Source: a virus. From it: a stretch of DNA of 64,000 nt. The first letter of the stretch is position 1. Every line of letters starts with the position of its first letter. The translations under genes were made by a program, and so were the position numbers. The stretch spans positions 7,694 through 71,693 of the IMG/VR virus record IMGVR_UViG_3300046167_000453; one strand, given 5' to 3'. This document shows positions 49,039 through 59,377 of this stretch, piece by piece. The notes below the pieces were generated by a model. It was given only the letters and a program-made list of their open reading frames with translations. It made no database searches and had not been told where the DNA came from.

Positions 49039-50309
49039 TTACCACCTCGGCTTTGGTCTTCGACATCATACCTTTCAGTGCTTGAACGAAGCATTTCATC
49101 TTGAATACCTAATAAACATTTATATCTTCGTTCTGGGAACTTAAGACCAATATTTAAATACATATCCACCATGTTCTTATTAATCTTTCCTAAATTAGAA
49201 TACCTAACAAACTTTTGCTTGTCGCCCATTAAATACTTGTCATCTCGAATAACTTTAATTAGGCCCTTCCACATACCCTTAGTGATTTTTTTATTGGACA
49301 TTCTAATTTTATTCTTTCGGGCCTTAACCAAATCAAACCAACTCCCTGTATTAGACTTAATCCACTTTTGCACTTGGTCTGCATATTTAGTATCTTTAAG
49401 TTCTTCTTGGATTTCTTCGGGAAGTTCTTCCACTTTCATATCCGTGAATCCTCTTTTTCTAAATGAACCCTGTTCTGCTAATTTTTCATTAGCAACATTG
49501 ATATACAAAGTTTTACTACCTTTCTCGGATAGAACCTTTTGAACACATAGCCCAAATAGGCCTTTTCCTTTGTAGTCTTCCCTTGTATGAATACCTGCGC
49601 CAAGTAGGACACTCTTATACTTTGCTATTCCACAAACTGCTACGGGAGTTTCACCATCAAATGCAACAAACATTGTTGCCGGTGCAGTAGCCCAAATAGA
49701 ATCCCTTGAAAGGTTTGGGCCATAGCGCATACTTCTTTTTACATAATCAAAGTAGCCATCATCATTAAATGCTTTAACTGCGGCATCCTCGGACATCTCC
49801 TTGAAAGTAATATCGCTTTCAGTATAGTTTTGCTTCTTGAAAGTAAGCCTTTGTCCTGTCGGATAATCAGTAGAATAAAGAGCCTTAGCATCCATTACCA
49901 TTTTCTTATACTCATCCGTAACCTTTCCATCAGGAGTAACGAAACTTGCACCCGATTCATTCTTTTTAGAAACGGCAATTGAATCCTGCTTATACTTCTT
50001 TGCTAATTTAAATATGTCTTTCATGTAATCTTCCGGAACATTCGTAAGCATAAAAGAAGGTTCTAATTCCCATTCAGCATTACCAGTAGCACTTGTAATA
50101 GTAAATGGAGTTTTGTCACCCTTTTTTATTTTATTATTTAATTCAGTTAAATCTTTGAGCATGGCATCGCTTAAGCGAGAGAGTTCTTTACTAGAAGTAG
50201 GTCTATTACCTTCCTTCGCAGCAATAAAAACATTACTGTTTTTCTTGCTAAGGTTTCTTCTAATCTGCTTCTTATTATAGGCAGGAAGAGTAGTCTGTCG
50301 TTTCTTCAT
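49035..50309 (-). CDS. Multidomain protein: DUF3293/SAM-lyase-like domain + GNAT acetyltransferase + basic tail
   Basis: EPSF...LAKKYKQDSI; HTREDYKGKGLF and FRKRGF GNAT motifs. Confidence 0.65.
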   Translation of the reverse strand: MKKRQTTLPAYNKKQIRRNLSKKNSNVFIAAKEGNRPTSSKELSRLSDAMLKDLTELNNKIKKGDKTPFTITSATGNAEWELEPSFMLTNVPEDYMKDIFKLAKKYKQDSIAVSKKNESGASFVTPDGKVTDEYKKMVMDAKALYSTDYPTGQRLTFKKQNYTESDITFKEMSEDAAVKAFNDDGYFDYVKRSMRYGPNLSRDSIWATAPATMFVAFDGETPVAVCGIAKYKSVLLGAGIHTREDYKGKGLFGLCVQKVLSEKGSKTLYINVANEKLAEQGSFRKRGFTDMKVEELPEEIQEELKDTKYADQVQKWIKSNTGSWFDLVKARKNKIRMSNKKITKGMWKGLIKVIRDDKYLMGDKQKFVRYSNLGKINKNMVDMYLNIGLKFPERRYKCLLGIQDEMLRSSTERYDVEDQSRGGK

Positions 50310-50313
50310 ACAA

Positions 50314-52899
50314 TCACCTAAAGTTCGCTTTCAAAACATATACATGCTCTGCATCAATTCCGTATTCCTTAGCAATACCTTCAAAAGAATCTACTGCTTT
50401 AACTACTCCAATAATCTCACTAGCACTCATATCAATGCTGAAATCTGTTTCCATCTTGGTAATCATGTTTTCCATATCATCATAACTATTTTCATTCTTC
50501 ATTGAATGAATAACTGATTTAGATTTTAATATTCGTAATGTATCATGTGCTTCAAGTAACTTTCGCTGTATTACACTCTTAGTAACTTTATCCAACAAAC
50601 CTAATAGCCTTTTAGCCTTTTCATTAGAAAAGGTTTCATTTTCTCCTTTTTCAGTTCTAATTTCTAAATTAGTTCCTCTCGTTTTAATAACATCTACTAG
50701 GGCTTGAATAGGATATATGTCAGTTGGGTCATTAGCATTCCTAGCATCATACAAATCACTCACCAATTCTTTATTTTTTGGAAATCTATTTTCTTTTTTA
50801 CCATCTATTTCTTTTTTCCCATCTTTAGGTATTAAGCGATAAATAGAACCCAATATTGAGCCGATGTCCTTACTTAAGTTTTTAGTGACAACATCATCAT
50901 CAAAAACATTTTTTAAAGTAAATAATAAAGTTCTAGACTTTTCGTATAGTTCAGAATAATTAGTAATATTATTTGCACCGGCTAAAGTCTGTAAATACTC
51001 AATAATATCTTCAATATCTTCTTCTTGTAAAAATGCAGTATCTCGTTCTAGCAATACTTTATTTATAGCAGTAATTGCTTGGTATTTTTCACCTATTGGC
51101 CTTGTTGCTGAAATCAACCTAATAGTAAAGTCTCCCTCGAATGGTAAACGAATACCTGCCCTGTATGGAGAAAATTGAGGGGCTAAGAAACAATTAGCCA
51201 TAGTCTTTGAGATTAGATTAACAATTACACTTATTTTTTCATCTAAGTCTTTTGCTTCCTTCATATCAGTCTTATCACTATCATATCTTTGAGAACCCTT
51301 TGAACCGGCCACATATTGCCCATAACTAAACCATATGAACGGCTTTCCTGAACCCCTACTTACCATTCTATCTTCGGGGTCTTTTGATGCTCGCTCAGTT
51401 CCTAAACCTGTCATATCTACATTTACTTGACTAGAAAGAGTAGTTTTATCTTTTTCTATAAATTCTTTAAATAACATTAAAAAATTATTTATTGTATCTT
51501 CTATTTCTCTCGCTTGTCCAGATAAAGTTCGATATTCATTTGCTAAAGCAGAATCATTAGCCATAAATATAGGCAAGTATAATTCATCTCCAACATCCTC
51601 AACAGATTCCAAATTTTCTAAAAAATTCTCAAATGTCGCTTTTACATCTTCTTCTTTGAGAGTAGGGTAATTTTCATTATTGTCAGAAAGGTCATCAAAA
51701 TATTCTTTCAACTCTTCTTTTAGTTCTTGTAAGTTAGTATTTACCATACCAATTCCTTTAAGTTGATTTCGGAAATATATTAAACCTAATGGGTCTAATG
51801 GTTGCTTCTCATCAAGAGTTTCAGAAAATTCTTCTATTTGAGCAGGCAAAGAATCTTCTTCTATCTTCTCATCTATATCGCTTGACTGTTGCATTTCTCC
51901 TTCTTGGTTATAGTATTTACTATAATCAATATTTTCATACAATCCTACATCTTGAACTTCCATAATACCTCCGATATAATTTAAGAAACTTTCAAATGCT
52001 TCATAGGCAACTACATCTATATCTTTCGTTGCTACTTCTGTTCTATCGAATTTATGTATATAGTTTAGACTCTTTCTGTTTTCTCCATCTGAGATGAATT
52101 GATATAGGGCTTGCATTTCCTTATCCTTTTTTGGTATTTCATCTAACAGTTTAGATAATTCTAGCAATTCATTGTTTAATTGCTCAAACGAATTATTTCC
52201 CTTGCCAACGCTTATATTTTCCCAATATTTGTAAGTATCTTCTCTTTTTTCGAAGTTTTTCATGCTTTTTGCATTAAAAACACTCTTAACATCGAAGCCA
52301 ATACCCATTCTAGCACTGACTCGTTGGCTTTCTTTGGACTCGCTACGGTTACTATAAGAGTCTTTTATTCTCTCAAATAGCCTACGCATGTTCCTTTTAA
52401 TGACAGAAGTTGCTTGCGTATCAGCAGTAAACTCGCTTTTTTTGAGAAGATTCTGCCATTTTCGCTTAATTTCATCCAAATCTATGGCTTTTTTACGCCT
52501 ATCTTGCTTCATTCCACCATTAACTAACTTTATTTCATCAGTGTCAAAATCATCTCGTATCATGTCACTAGCATTTAACTTTCTGCCCATATATCTAATT
52601 GCAGGTATGCTTCTAATTAGACCATTAAGTAAATTCTCATAAAGAGTAGCAGGAGTGGAGGCTCTACCAACGCCTCCCTTTGCTTTAAAGTAATCTTTTA
52701 TTTCTGCTATGATTTTTTTTCTTGTTTGGGGTTTGTCATCTCTATCTAAATCAATATATTTTTGGTTAAACATTGGCTCATATTCATTTCTTATTCTTTT
52801 TACCAATCCAGCCTTAACTTTAGTCAATTCTCTATATTTATCATAATCTAGAACAGATTCATAATTATCTATATAATGGGGTAAATACTCATATTTCAT
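50314..52899 (-). CDS. 861-aa helical hypothetical protein
   Basis: Long ORF. Confidence 0.7.
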   Translation of the reverse strand: MKYEYLPHYIDNYESVLDYDKYRELTKVKAGLVKRIRNEYEPMFNQKYIDLDRDDKPQTRKKIIAEIKDYFKAKGGVGRASTPATLYENLLNGLIRSIPAIRYMGRKLNASDMIRDDFDTDEIKLVNGGMKQDRRKKAIDLDEIKRKWQNLLKKSEFTADTQATSVIKRNMRRLFERIKDSYSNRSESKESQRVSARMGIGFDVKSVFNAKSMKNFEKREDTYKYWENISVGKGNNSFEQLNNELLELSKLLDEIPKKDKEMQALYQFISDGENRKSLNYIHKFDRTEVATKDIDVVAYEAFESFLNYIGGIMEVQDVGLYENIDYSKYYNQEGEMQQSSDIDEKIEEDSLPAQIEEFSETLDEKQPLDPLGLIYFRNQLKGIGMVNTNLQELKEELKEYFDDLSDNNENYPTLKEEDVKATFENFLENLESVEDVGDELYLPIFMANDSALANEYRTLSGQAREIEDTINNFLMLFKEFIEKDKTTLSSQVNVDMTGLGTERASKDPEDRMVSRGSGKPFIWFSYGQYVAGSKGSQRYDSDKTDMKEAKDLDEKISVIVNLISKTMANCFLAPQFSPYRAGIRLPFEGDFTIRLISATRPIGEKYQAITAINKVLLERDTAFLQEEDIEDIIEYLQTLAGANNITNYSELYEKSRTLLFTLKNVFDDDVVTKNLSKDIGSILGSIYRLIPKDGKKEIDGKKENRFPKNKELVSDLYDARNANDPTDIYPIQALVDVIKTRGTNLEIRTEKGENETFSNEKAKRLLGLLDKVTKSVIQRKLLEAHDTLRILKSKSVIHSMKNENSYDDMENMITKMETDFSIDMSASEIIGVVKAVDSFEGIAKEYGIDAEHVYVLKANFR

Positions 52900-52901
52900 A
52901 A

Positions 52902-54875
52902 CTATTCACTCTCTTGTTTTTTTTCTTTAAATATCCCAGCATTTTTTAATAAGTTAAATGTTTCTCCTGAGAAAATACCAGAATAGGATTCTTTGTTTTT
53001 AATTAAGTAGTTTAAGTGCAGTTTCAGTTCTTTCTTAAATAAAGTATTGACTTTTTTAAGCCCAATTAAGAGTTTTTTCGACAAGTCACTTACTGCTTGT
53101 TCCAAGGTTGGGTCTGTAAGTGATAAGGCTTCTCCTTCCTCTTCCATAATAGAGTCAATTTTTTCAACCTCACTATCTAAATTGGACTGTGCCACTTTAA
53201 CTACTAAGTAATAAGCCATAATAAAACAATCAATGATATCATACTGTTTAGAGAGTTTACTATAATACCTATCTAGATTACCATATTCAAAAACCAAATC
53301 AGAAAGAGGTTTTTTTGTCAATATTGCCCTTTCAATTGCAAATTTTATTGAATTTGGTGTAATTTCTGCTTTTTCAGCCGAACCTAAGTCTTCAGGCTTT
53401 ATTTCTTCTGGATTTTCTTTAATAAATTGTTTAAAGTTTCGCTCTATACGCCTAATAGTATTTATTCCTTTTTCATCAACTGCATGGTAAGCATCTCCAA
53501 CTTTAGAAAGGTCTTCTAAATCCTTTTCTACCGCAATTTCATCGTAATCGAGATAAATGTCCATCATTGACTGAGATATTCTCTTGTTATTTAAATATCT
53601 TTCATAATCTCTATCCAATGCTTCTTTAGTCCCTTCTTTATCTGCATCAAAGTTTTTACTTCGTTGAGAATATGCCGCCGTAAATTGTTTTTTACCCATA
53701 GCAGGTATGACTTGGACTCCTTCGGCAGCGTTTTCAAAAATAGAATCGTTATTTGGTGAAGTCAAAACCCCTTTAACGAATCTAATTGAGGCAACTTTCT
53801 TCCCCCCCGCAGGAAAGTGTATAACTTTTGAAATTCTTTGGTTATTTAAGGTTCTCATATACAAATCTTTACTACCTTTATTGTTTACCTTTCCTGCAAG
53901 CATTAAAATATTAAAATATTCTTCAATTTGTTTGGCTGTTAAAGACTTAACTGTATCAACATTTTGAGAAGAAGCAGTTTCCATTTCATCTACTTCTAAT
54001 CTAGCAGTAAATGGTTTTCTTCCGAGCAATATTCTTGGTAATAAGGGAGGAATACGGCTACTTATAGTTTCATCATCAGAAATATTACCTATTTTTTCAA
54101 CTAATTGTATAAATTGACTACTTTCTGTTTTACTTGAGCCACTTGGAGAATATTTTTCACTATCGCTACTAGGAAAAACCTTTCTCCAAGTCTCAAAATT
54201 TCTGCCGGATATATTTTTTTCTCCTTTTTCCCAACCTTCTATGGTTTCTTTACCAGAAGGTTCTGCTAAAGACAGTTCCGCCAACCCAAAATTGTAGATT
54301 GGTCTTGAATTTTCTAAAAAATCATTGACCGTAGGTTCACCTTCTTCGGGAATGTTATTAACATATAACTTATAAAGAGGTTTTCTTTTTTCTTTAGGTA
54401 TATCCCTAAGAATATGGTGCATTAAAGTTCCCCTTTTAAACTTATTAGTTAAATAAACAAATAATTTATTTAAATTAGACTCTATTTCTTTATTAGCAAA
54501 AATGTTTTCCAAAGTAGAACCTGCTGTTGAAACAGAAGAAGAAGAGAGTTTAGATATGTGTTCCCTAATTTTAACAAAATTATTAAAAATAGTGCTATTA
54601 ATTTCTTCTCTACCTTTACCTTCATTATTTTCTCTATCTTTTTTGAGTTGAGTTACCCAATCATCATACAATTTTCGATATTTGCTCGATTTTTTAAATG
54701 CTCTTTTTAATGACTGATAGGAATTAATATCTTTAAACTCCTGAACTAATTCCATTACTGCTTCAATGTTCTTACTTCTTTTACTTTTACCAGTAGTTAA
54801 TGCTATCTGAGCATCAGTAGAAACATCCGAAATTAGAACTAAATTAACTAATTCAGAAATAGGGGGTAAACTCAT
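52902..54875 (-). CDS. 657-aa hypothetical protein
   Basis: Long ORF; GGAGAGG SD. Confidence 0.7.
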   Translation of the reverse strand: MSLPPISELVNLVLISDVSTDAQIALTTGKSKRSKNIEAVMELVQEFKDINSYQSLKRAFKKSSKYRKLYDDWVTQLKKDRENNEGKGREEINSTIFNNFVKIREHISKLSSSSVSTAGSTLENIFANKEIESNLNKLFVYLTNKFKRGTLMHHILRDIPKEKRKPLYKLYVNNIPEEGEPTVNDFLENSRPIYNFGLAELSLAEPSGKETIEGWEKGEKNISGRNFETWRKVFPSSDSEKYSPSGSSKTESSQFIQLVEKIGNISDDETISSRIPPLLPRILLGRKPFTARLEVDEMETASSQNVDTVKSLTAKQIEEYFNILMLAGKVNNKGSKDLYMRTLNNQRISKVIHFPAGGKKVASIRFVKGVLTSPNNDSIFENAAEGVQVIPAMGKKQFTAAYSQRSKNFDADKEGTKEALDRDYERYLNNKRISQSMMDIYLDYDEIAVEKDLEDLSKVGDAYHAVDEKGINTIRRIERNFKQFIKENPEEIKPEDLGSAEKAEITPNSIKFAIERAILTKKPLSDLVFEYGNLDRYYSKLSKQYDIIDCFIMAYYLVVKVAQSNLDSEVEKIDSIMEEEGEALSLTDPTLEQAVSDLSKKLLIGLKKVNTLFKKELKLHLNYLIKNKESYSGIFSGETFNLLKNAGIFKEKKQESE

Positions 54876-54888
54876 TGTAACCTCTCCT

Positions 54889-55188
54889 TTATTTAGTTTC
54901 TAGCCATCGTAAAAATGCTTTATGTTTCTTAGTGTAATCACCCAAATTCACAATACCAGATTTTTCGCCCTTTTCATCTCTAGGAATAATCCTATCCATT
55001 TCTTCTTCTAAATCCTTTCCAAATTTAGCAACTGCTTCCTTGACTAATTTAGGAATATCTTTCATAGGTAGATTAGGGTTTTGAGAGACATGATAATCTA
55101 CTTGAAGGTAAATTTCGGGAAATTCCCTTTCTAATTCTTCATCGTAAGACCATATAGTTTCCTTTTTCAATATATTTTCCCAACTCAT
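54889..55188 (-). CDS. Tagged hypothetical protein (MSWENILK)
   Basis: N-terminal tag. Confidence 0.65.
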   Translation of the reverse strand: MSWENILKKETIWSYDEELEREFPEIYLQVDYHVSQNPNLPMKDIPKLVKEAVAKFGKDLEEEMDRIIPRDEKGEKSGIVNLGDYTKKHKAFLRWLETK

Positions 55189-55193
55189 ATTAA

Positions 55194-55640
55194 TCATTCC
55201 TGTTTTCTCCTATACCACATTGATAGGCGATTGTTTCTCTTTTTTACCAATTCTTCTTCTATTCCGTTAATTTGACTAATTGCTAAACTAATTTTAGTAA
55301 GGGCTTTCTCGACTAAAGGTTCATCCTCTTGGTTGTAATCCAAGTCAATTACTTCACCGTTCAAATCCCGTAGTTTTCTAAAAATGTATGATAAGTGAGA
55401 TGTAGTGTTATCGTATGTTGGATTATTTAAGTATCTTTCTTTATCTTCGTTTAGTCTATCCATAATGTCTTCAAATTCTTCTTCGCCGGAATCAAATGGG
55501 GGCTTATCAAAAATAGCAAGTGATTTAAGAGGGGATAAGGCTTCTATTACTTTATTATATAGATTTACTCCGGCGTAGTGTTTTCCATAGATGAAGTCTT
55601 CACGCTCATCATCTACTTTCAATATACTTTTCCAACTCAT
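55194..55640 (-). CDS. Tagged acidic hypothetical protein (MSWKSILK)
   Basis: N-terminal tag; GGAGAG SD. Confidence 0.65.
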   Translation of the reverse strand: MSWKSILKVDDEREDFIYGKHYAGVNLYNKVIEALSPLKSLAIFDKPPFDSGEEEFEDIMDRLNEDKERYLNNPTYDNTTSHLSYIFRKLRDLNGEVIDLDYNQEDEPLVEKALTKISLAISQINGIEEELVKKRNNRLSMWYRRKQE

Positions 55641-55656
55641 TTTAATCTCTCCTTTA

Positions 55657-56379
55657 TCAAAAAGTATCAAGAAGACCCTTTTCCATTAATATATACATTA
55701 GTCCTTCAAGTGCCTCTCTATCATATTTATTTTCTAAATCCTCAATAGCGTAGTTTACCTGTTCTTTAGTAAATTCATCAAACTTATTCATATTATCTTG
55801 TGCTAATTTAATTATCTTAGGAACGCTTTTTTTCCTGTTCTTTTCCTTGCTTGCTAGTTGCTTATTCCTAAGTCCTGAAAGGTCGAAATCTATACTGATA
55901 GTTTCGTCACCAACATTAACAATAAAAGGTTCACGCAAGTCCTCCATTTCCAAATAATGATAGTGGGGTGGATTGACATACTTCATTAGTCCGTGAACTA
56001 ATTCCTTAAATTTTTCCAAAGTGTATAGGTCTACTCTTCCACTCCATTTTAACTCAATTGGTTTATTTTGTTTGAGCCCTTTTTTTAGCGTATTTAAAAT
56101 TTCTAAAAACCACTCATTTAGCAGCCTACCGCCTAGTTTATTCATATCAAAATACACATTATACACATTATATTTAGGTTGTTGATAGGTTTGTCCGTCA
56201 CTACCTTCAGTATGGCTGACGCTTTCTACAACTCCTATCATCTCATCAATATACTCTACTTTAATATCATTATCTGTTTTAATTTTAGGTTTAGACCATC
56301 CGGTATTTACAGAACCTGTCTTTTTCCTTTTGGCATCTATTCTTCGGCCACTCCGCTTTAGTATGTCTTCCCAACTCAT
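55657..56379 (-). CDS. Tagged hypothetical protein (MSWEDILK)
   Basis: N-terminal tag. Confidence 0.65.
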   Translation of the reverse strand: MSWEDILKRSGRRIDAKRKKTGSVNTGWSKPKIKTDNDIKVEYIDEMIGVVESVSHTEGSDGQTYQQPKYNVYNVYFDMNKLGGRLLNEWFLEILNTLKKGLKQNKPIELKWSGRVDLYTLEKFKELVHGLMKYVNPPHYHYLEMEDLREPFIVNVGDETISIDFDLSGLRNKQLASKEKNRKKSVPKIIKLAQDNMNKFDEFTKEQVNYAIEDLENKYDREALEGLMYILMEKGLLDTF

Positions 56380-56615
56380 TTTAATCTCTCTTTAGATATA
56401 TTATTAACTCGTCGTATAGCATCATTGATAACTTCTATGATACTTTTTTTAAGAGGTAGGTCTTCTAGCGATACTTCACTTCGGTTCTTAACCAAAGTTA
56501 AAATTTCATATACTGCGTAATCGAGCATTGACTCTCTAGTATCACCTGCCTGTTCATCAAATCTTTTCAGCCTTTTTATAGATTTTGTCTTATTAATTTC
56601 ATCTTTCCAACTCAT
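56376..56615 (-). CDS. Tagged small protein (MSWKDEINK)
   Basis: Variant tag; ATGA coupling. Confidence 0.6.
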   Translation of the reverse strand: MSWKDEINKTKSIKRLKRFDEQAGDTRESMLDYAVYEILTLVKNRSEVSLEDLPLKKSIIEVINDAIRRVNNISKERLK

Positions 56616-57280
56616 TGTAATCTCTCCTGCATCTTTTTCTTAATGTCAAGCCAAATCTCAGGATTGTTCTGTGCTAACACTTCTTGAACAACCTGCATCT
56701 GTGCGACAATAATTGTATCTTGTCTCTTGTGAACAAGTTTGCCTTTGAACTCAAGTAGATACTTTAATGACTCTCGAACTTCTTTTGCAAGTTTAGTAAG
56801 ACTATCAATCTCTCTTGGTTCTAAATCTGTATTAAGGAACAAGTCATTCAATTTATCATCTAAGCGTTGAACATTCGCACTAAGCAAATCAATCTCATTA
56901 ACTTCCTTTTTCGCTATGATAGCGGCTGCGGATTGCTGCACCAAAGGTGCTAAGTGGTGCTTCATGTGTCGTTGCACCTGTGTTTTTGTGATGTCTAAGG
57001 CTTGAGAAATACCCTCACTTGTTATATTACCATTAGAAAGGGCTTCCTCGTAGTGTTTACGCATAGGGTCAATACATAACTTGCATTTGGGGTTACTGCT
57101 GTTTGTATATTCACCCATGTGATTTCTTTGATGTTGGGCCGCAGTCCCACTTCTCCAATCATTTCTTGAATCTAAATCGTCGCAACTTGTCATGCCTTGT
57201 TCAATTGCGGCTTCCATACTTTCCCTGTCGCCATGCTGACAAAAGGCACATCTCTTTCTTGTTATCATTCTTTCACCCAC
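56612..57280 (-). CDS. Tandem Zn-finger/HTH plus coiled-coil protein; candidate terminase small subunit
   Basis: Two CxxC...HxxxH repeats with HTH-like cores; oligomerisation-type helices. Confidence 0.55.
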   Translation of the reverse strand: MGERMITRKRCAFCQHGDRESMEAAIEQGMTSCDDLDSRNDWRSGTAAQHQRNHMGEYTNSSNPKCKLCIDPMRKHYEEALSNGNITSEGISQALDITKTQVQRHMKHHLAPLVQQSAAAIIAKKEVNEIDLLSANVQRLDDKLNDLFLNTDLEPREIDSLTKLAKEVRESLKYLLEFKGKLVHKRQDTIIVAQMQVVQEVLAQNNPEIWLDIKKKMQERLQ

Positions 57281-57578
57281 ATTGTTGTTTTTAAGTCACT
57301 AGTATTTGCACTCATTTCTTTTGTAGTATAACCATAGTTTCTTAGTAATTTAGAATATGCTCTCAAACTTTCTTGTTTACCTTTTAGCCTATTAAGTCCT
57401 GCTTTTTCTTCTCTAGTTCCCAATTCATTAACTACTTCAGTATAAGTTGATATTAGTTTTTCATCCAAATCTTTAGTGTTGATTCCTTTACCGTCTAATT
57501 CCTCTACAATTCTTCTAATTGTTTCTTTGACTAATTGAAAATTAAATTTCTTTCTTTTCAAGATACTGAACCAAACAT
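57265..57578 (-). CDS. Tagged hypothetical protein (probable true start M-V-W-F-S-I-L-K)
   Basis: TGG TTC AGT ATC TTG AAA in frame upstream of the called start; nearby ATG is one base out of frame. Confidence 0.55.
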
Positions 57579-58687
57579 CAATCCCTCCAAAGTTGTTCCA
57601 TCCAAGATTTCTTTACTGGTTCAGGGACTTTAGTTTTACCTTTAATATCTAAGTAATTACCATTCTTAAGTTTGTAAGTTTCTTTACCAATCACCTTCAT
57701 AATTAGAGAAACCATAGCGGCTTTTCCAAATGGTAGTAATTGAAATGTTTCTATTGGGCTAGCCAAATTAGGTAAATTACCTACATATTGAATAATTAAC
57801 TGCGGCTTTGCAGACCTAGCACCAAAAGACTTTGTTCCAACGGCAAACTGCATACCTTGTAATATAGTAGCCATTTGTTGCAATTTAGGTTTACCTCCAG
57901 AAAATAAATCATTTCTCTTTAACAAAGCAAAAACTTGTTTTCTTACCGAAGGAATTAGAGCCAAAGAACCTGCACTTCTTTGCACCTTGAGTTGGATATT
58001 AGGAATGGGCTTTTTCTTTATTTCTTCTATTGCTTCTGATATTATATCATATAGCCCCACCTTTACTAATTTACCTTTTCCATAAATGGCCTGTGCTAAT
58101 GGAGGGTTAGCAGTATTAGGAGTTTTACTCCACCAATCATTTTTTTCCTCAAGGCCGTATTTATCTTCAAAGTAATTATCTCGATAATGACCGTAAATTG
58201 TTTCTTTTTTATCATCTAATATTTCTATTTTATTTTTTGCCCGACTACCTTTTCTTGGTTTTCCCTTACCCACTTTCCATCGTGTTGGTCTGGTAAAGAC
58301 AGTATTTCTAGGATTAAGAGTAGGGCTTTTCGTAATGCCATCAAGTTTTTCTTTTAGTTCCAAAAAATCTTCTAAGTCATCTACATCAAATATGCTTTTA
58401 TTTGCTATCAGTTCATCAATATCATCTAATGTTTCAAATATGCCATCATTACCACTATTCTTAGAATTGTCTCTAAGATACTTTCTTACATGTTGTTGCA
58501 ATTGTAAATACAATGTTTTGGGGTAAGTTTGCCTCCCAACTTTAGCATAAGGACTTCCAGTGCTTGCTATATCTTCCGAACTGATGCCATTACATGTTTT
58601 TTTCCAGTCCAAAAACTTTTTCTTGAAATTGTAAGTGGGTGCTTGTAATTTATTACCGTTAATATCAATCGTCGCTTTCTTCGTCAT
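57578..58687 (-). CDS. Lys-rich hypothetical protein
   Basis: GGAGGTGA SD before MTKK; ends KKSWMEQLWRD. Confidence 0.65.
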   Translation of the reverse strand: MTKKATIDINGNKLQAPTYNFKKKFLDWKKTCNGISSEDIASTGSPYAKVGRQTYPKTLYLQLQQHVRKYLRDNSKNSGNDGIFETLDDIDELIANKSIFDVDDLEDFLELKEKLDGITKSPTLNPRNTVFTRPTRWKVGKGKPRKGSRAKNKIEILDDKKETIYGHYRDNYFEDKYGLEEKNDWWSKTPNTANPPLAQAIYGKGKLVKVGLYDIISEAIEEIKKKPIPNIQLKVQRSAGSLALIPSVRKQVFALLKRNDLFSGGKPKLQQMATILQGMQFAVGTKSFGARSAKPQLIIQYVGNLPNLASPIETFQLLPFGKAAMVSLIMKVIGKETYKLKNGNYLDIKGKTKVPEPVKKSWMEQLWRD

Positions 58688-58826
58688 CTTCATCACCTCC
58701 GTATTTAATATTAAACTTTGAAGGGTCGTTGCCATGACCCCCAAACGCTACACCTCCGGCTTCCTTATTCAAGTTGCCGCAGGATTCGCAACAAGAGCCT
58801 TTGATTATGTCCCACCAAGTTACCAT
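58665..58826 (-). CDS. 53-aa tagged micro-protein (MVTWWDIIKGSCCESCG...), below the ORF-track size cutoff
   Basis: Hand-translated; fills the intergenic gap and carries the tag. Confidence 0.65.
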   Translation of the reverse strand: MVTWWDIIKGSCCESCGNLNKEAGGVAFGGHGNDPSKFNIKYGGDEDDEESDD

Positions 58827-59377
58827 TTGAACACCAACTTCTTCAAATATTTGCTAATGTGTTTTTTTCCATCGTTGTAATCCTTAGACTTAAAACTTAA
58901 ATTTCGCAGTATGGCTACACTTGTGCCATTTTTGGTCTTAACGAACACCACCACATACATACCAATTTCGTCATTTGCATACATATCTAAAGCAAGTTTA
59001 ATATTTCCTTTTTGACTTTCAAAAGGAATATAAGTGTAGCGTGATTCACCTGCCTCAATAATCTCCCGAAGTGTCATAGTTAAACCACTTTCCAAAACAG
59101 GGGGGAAAGGCTGTTTAATAAAATCTAAAAATTCACAATATTCTTTTTCCGTAGCCTTCATACCAGACAAAGAATCATTGACAACCTGTTGAAGTTCGAC
59201 TTCAATAGGAAAAGTGAATGCCATTTCGTTAAGTTCGCTTTGTTCCATAAGCCAATTACGAAAATCTTTTTCGCAAGAATTATCCTCAACATTAACCTTA
59301 AGTCGAGAAGTATCTAGTTTACCACCAGTTTTTCCTTTGCCTCTAATTTTGGCATTCTTAAGAATATCCCACCACAT
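58820..59377 (-). CDS. Tagged paralog family member 1 (MWWDILKNAK...LDTSRLKVNV)
   Basis: Shared approx. 35-aa N-terminus. Confidence 0.7.
   Translation of the reverse strand: MWWDILKNAKIRGKGKTGGKLDTSRLKVNVEDNSCEKDFRNWLMEQSELNEMAFTFPIEVELQQVVNDSLSGMKATEKEYCEFLDFIKQPFPPVLESGLTMTLREIIEAGESRYTYIPFESQKGNIKLALDMYANDEIGMYVVVFVKTKNGTSVAILRNLSFKSKDYNDGKKHISKYLKKLVFKW

Larger units (their letters stand above)
55632..56626. repeat. 20-bp gene-junction repeats at 55632, 56371 and 56607
   Basis: ccaactcattttaatctctc twice exact, plus ccaactcattgtaatctctc. Confidence 0.75.
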
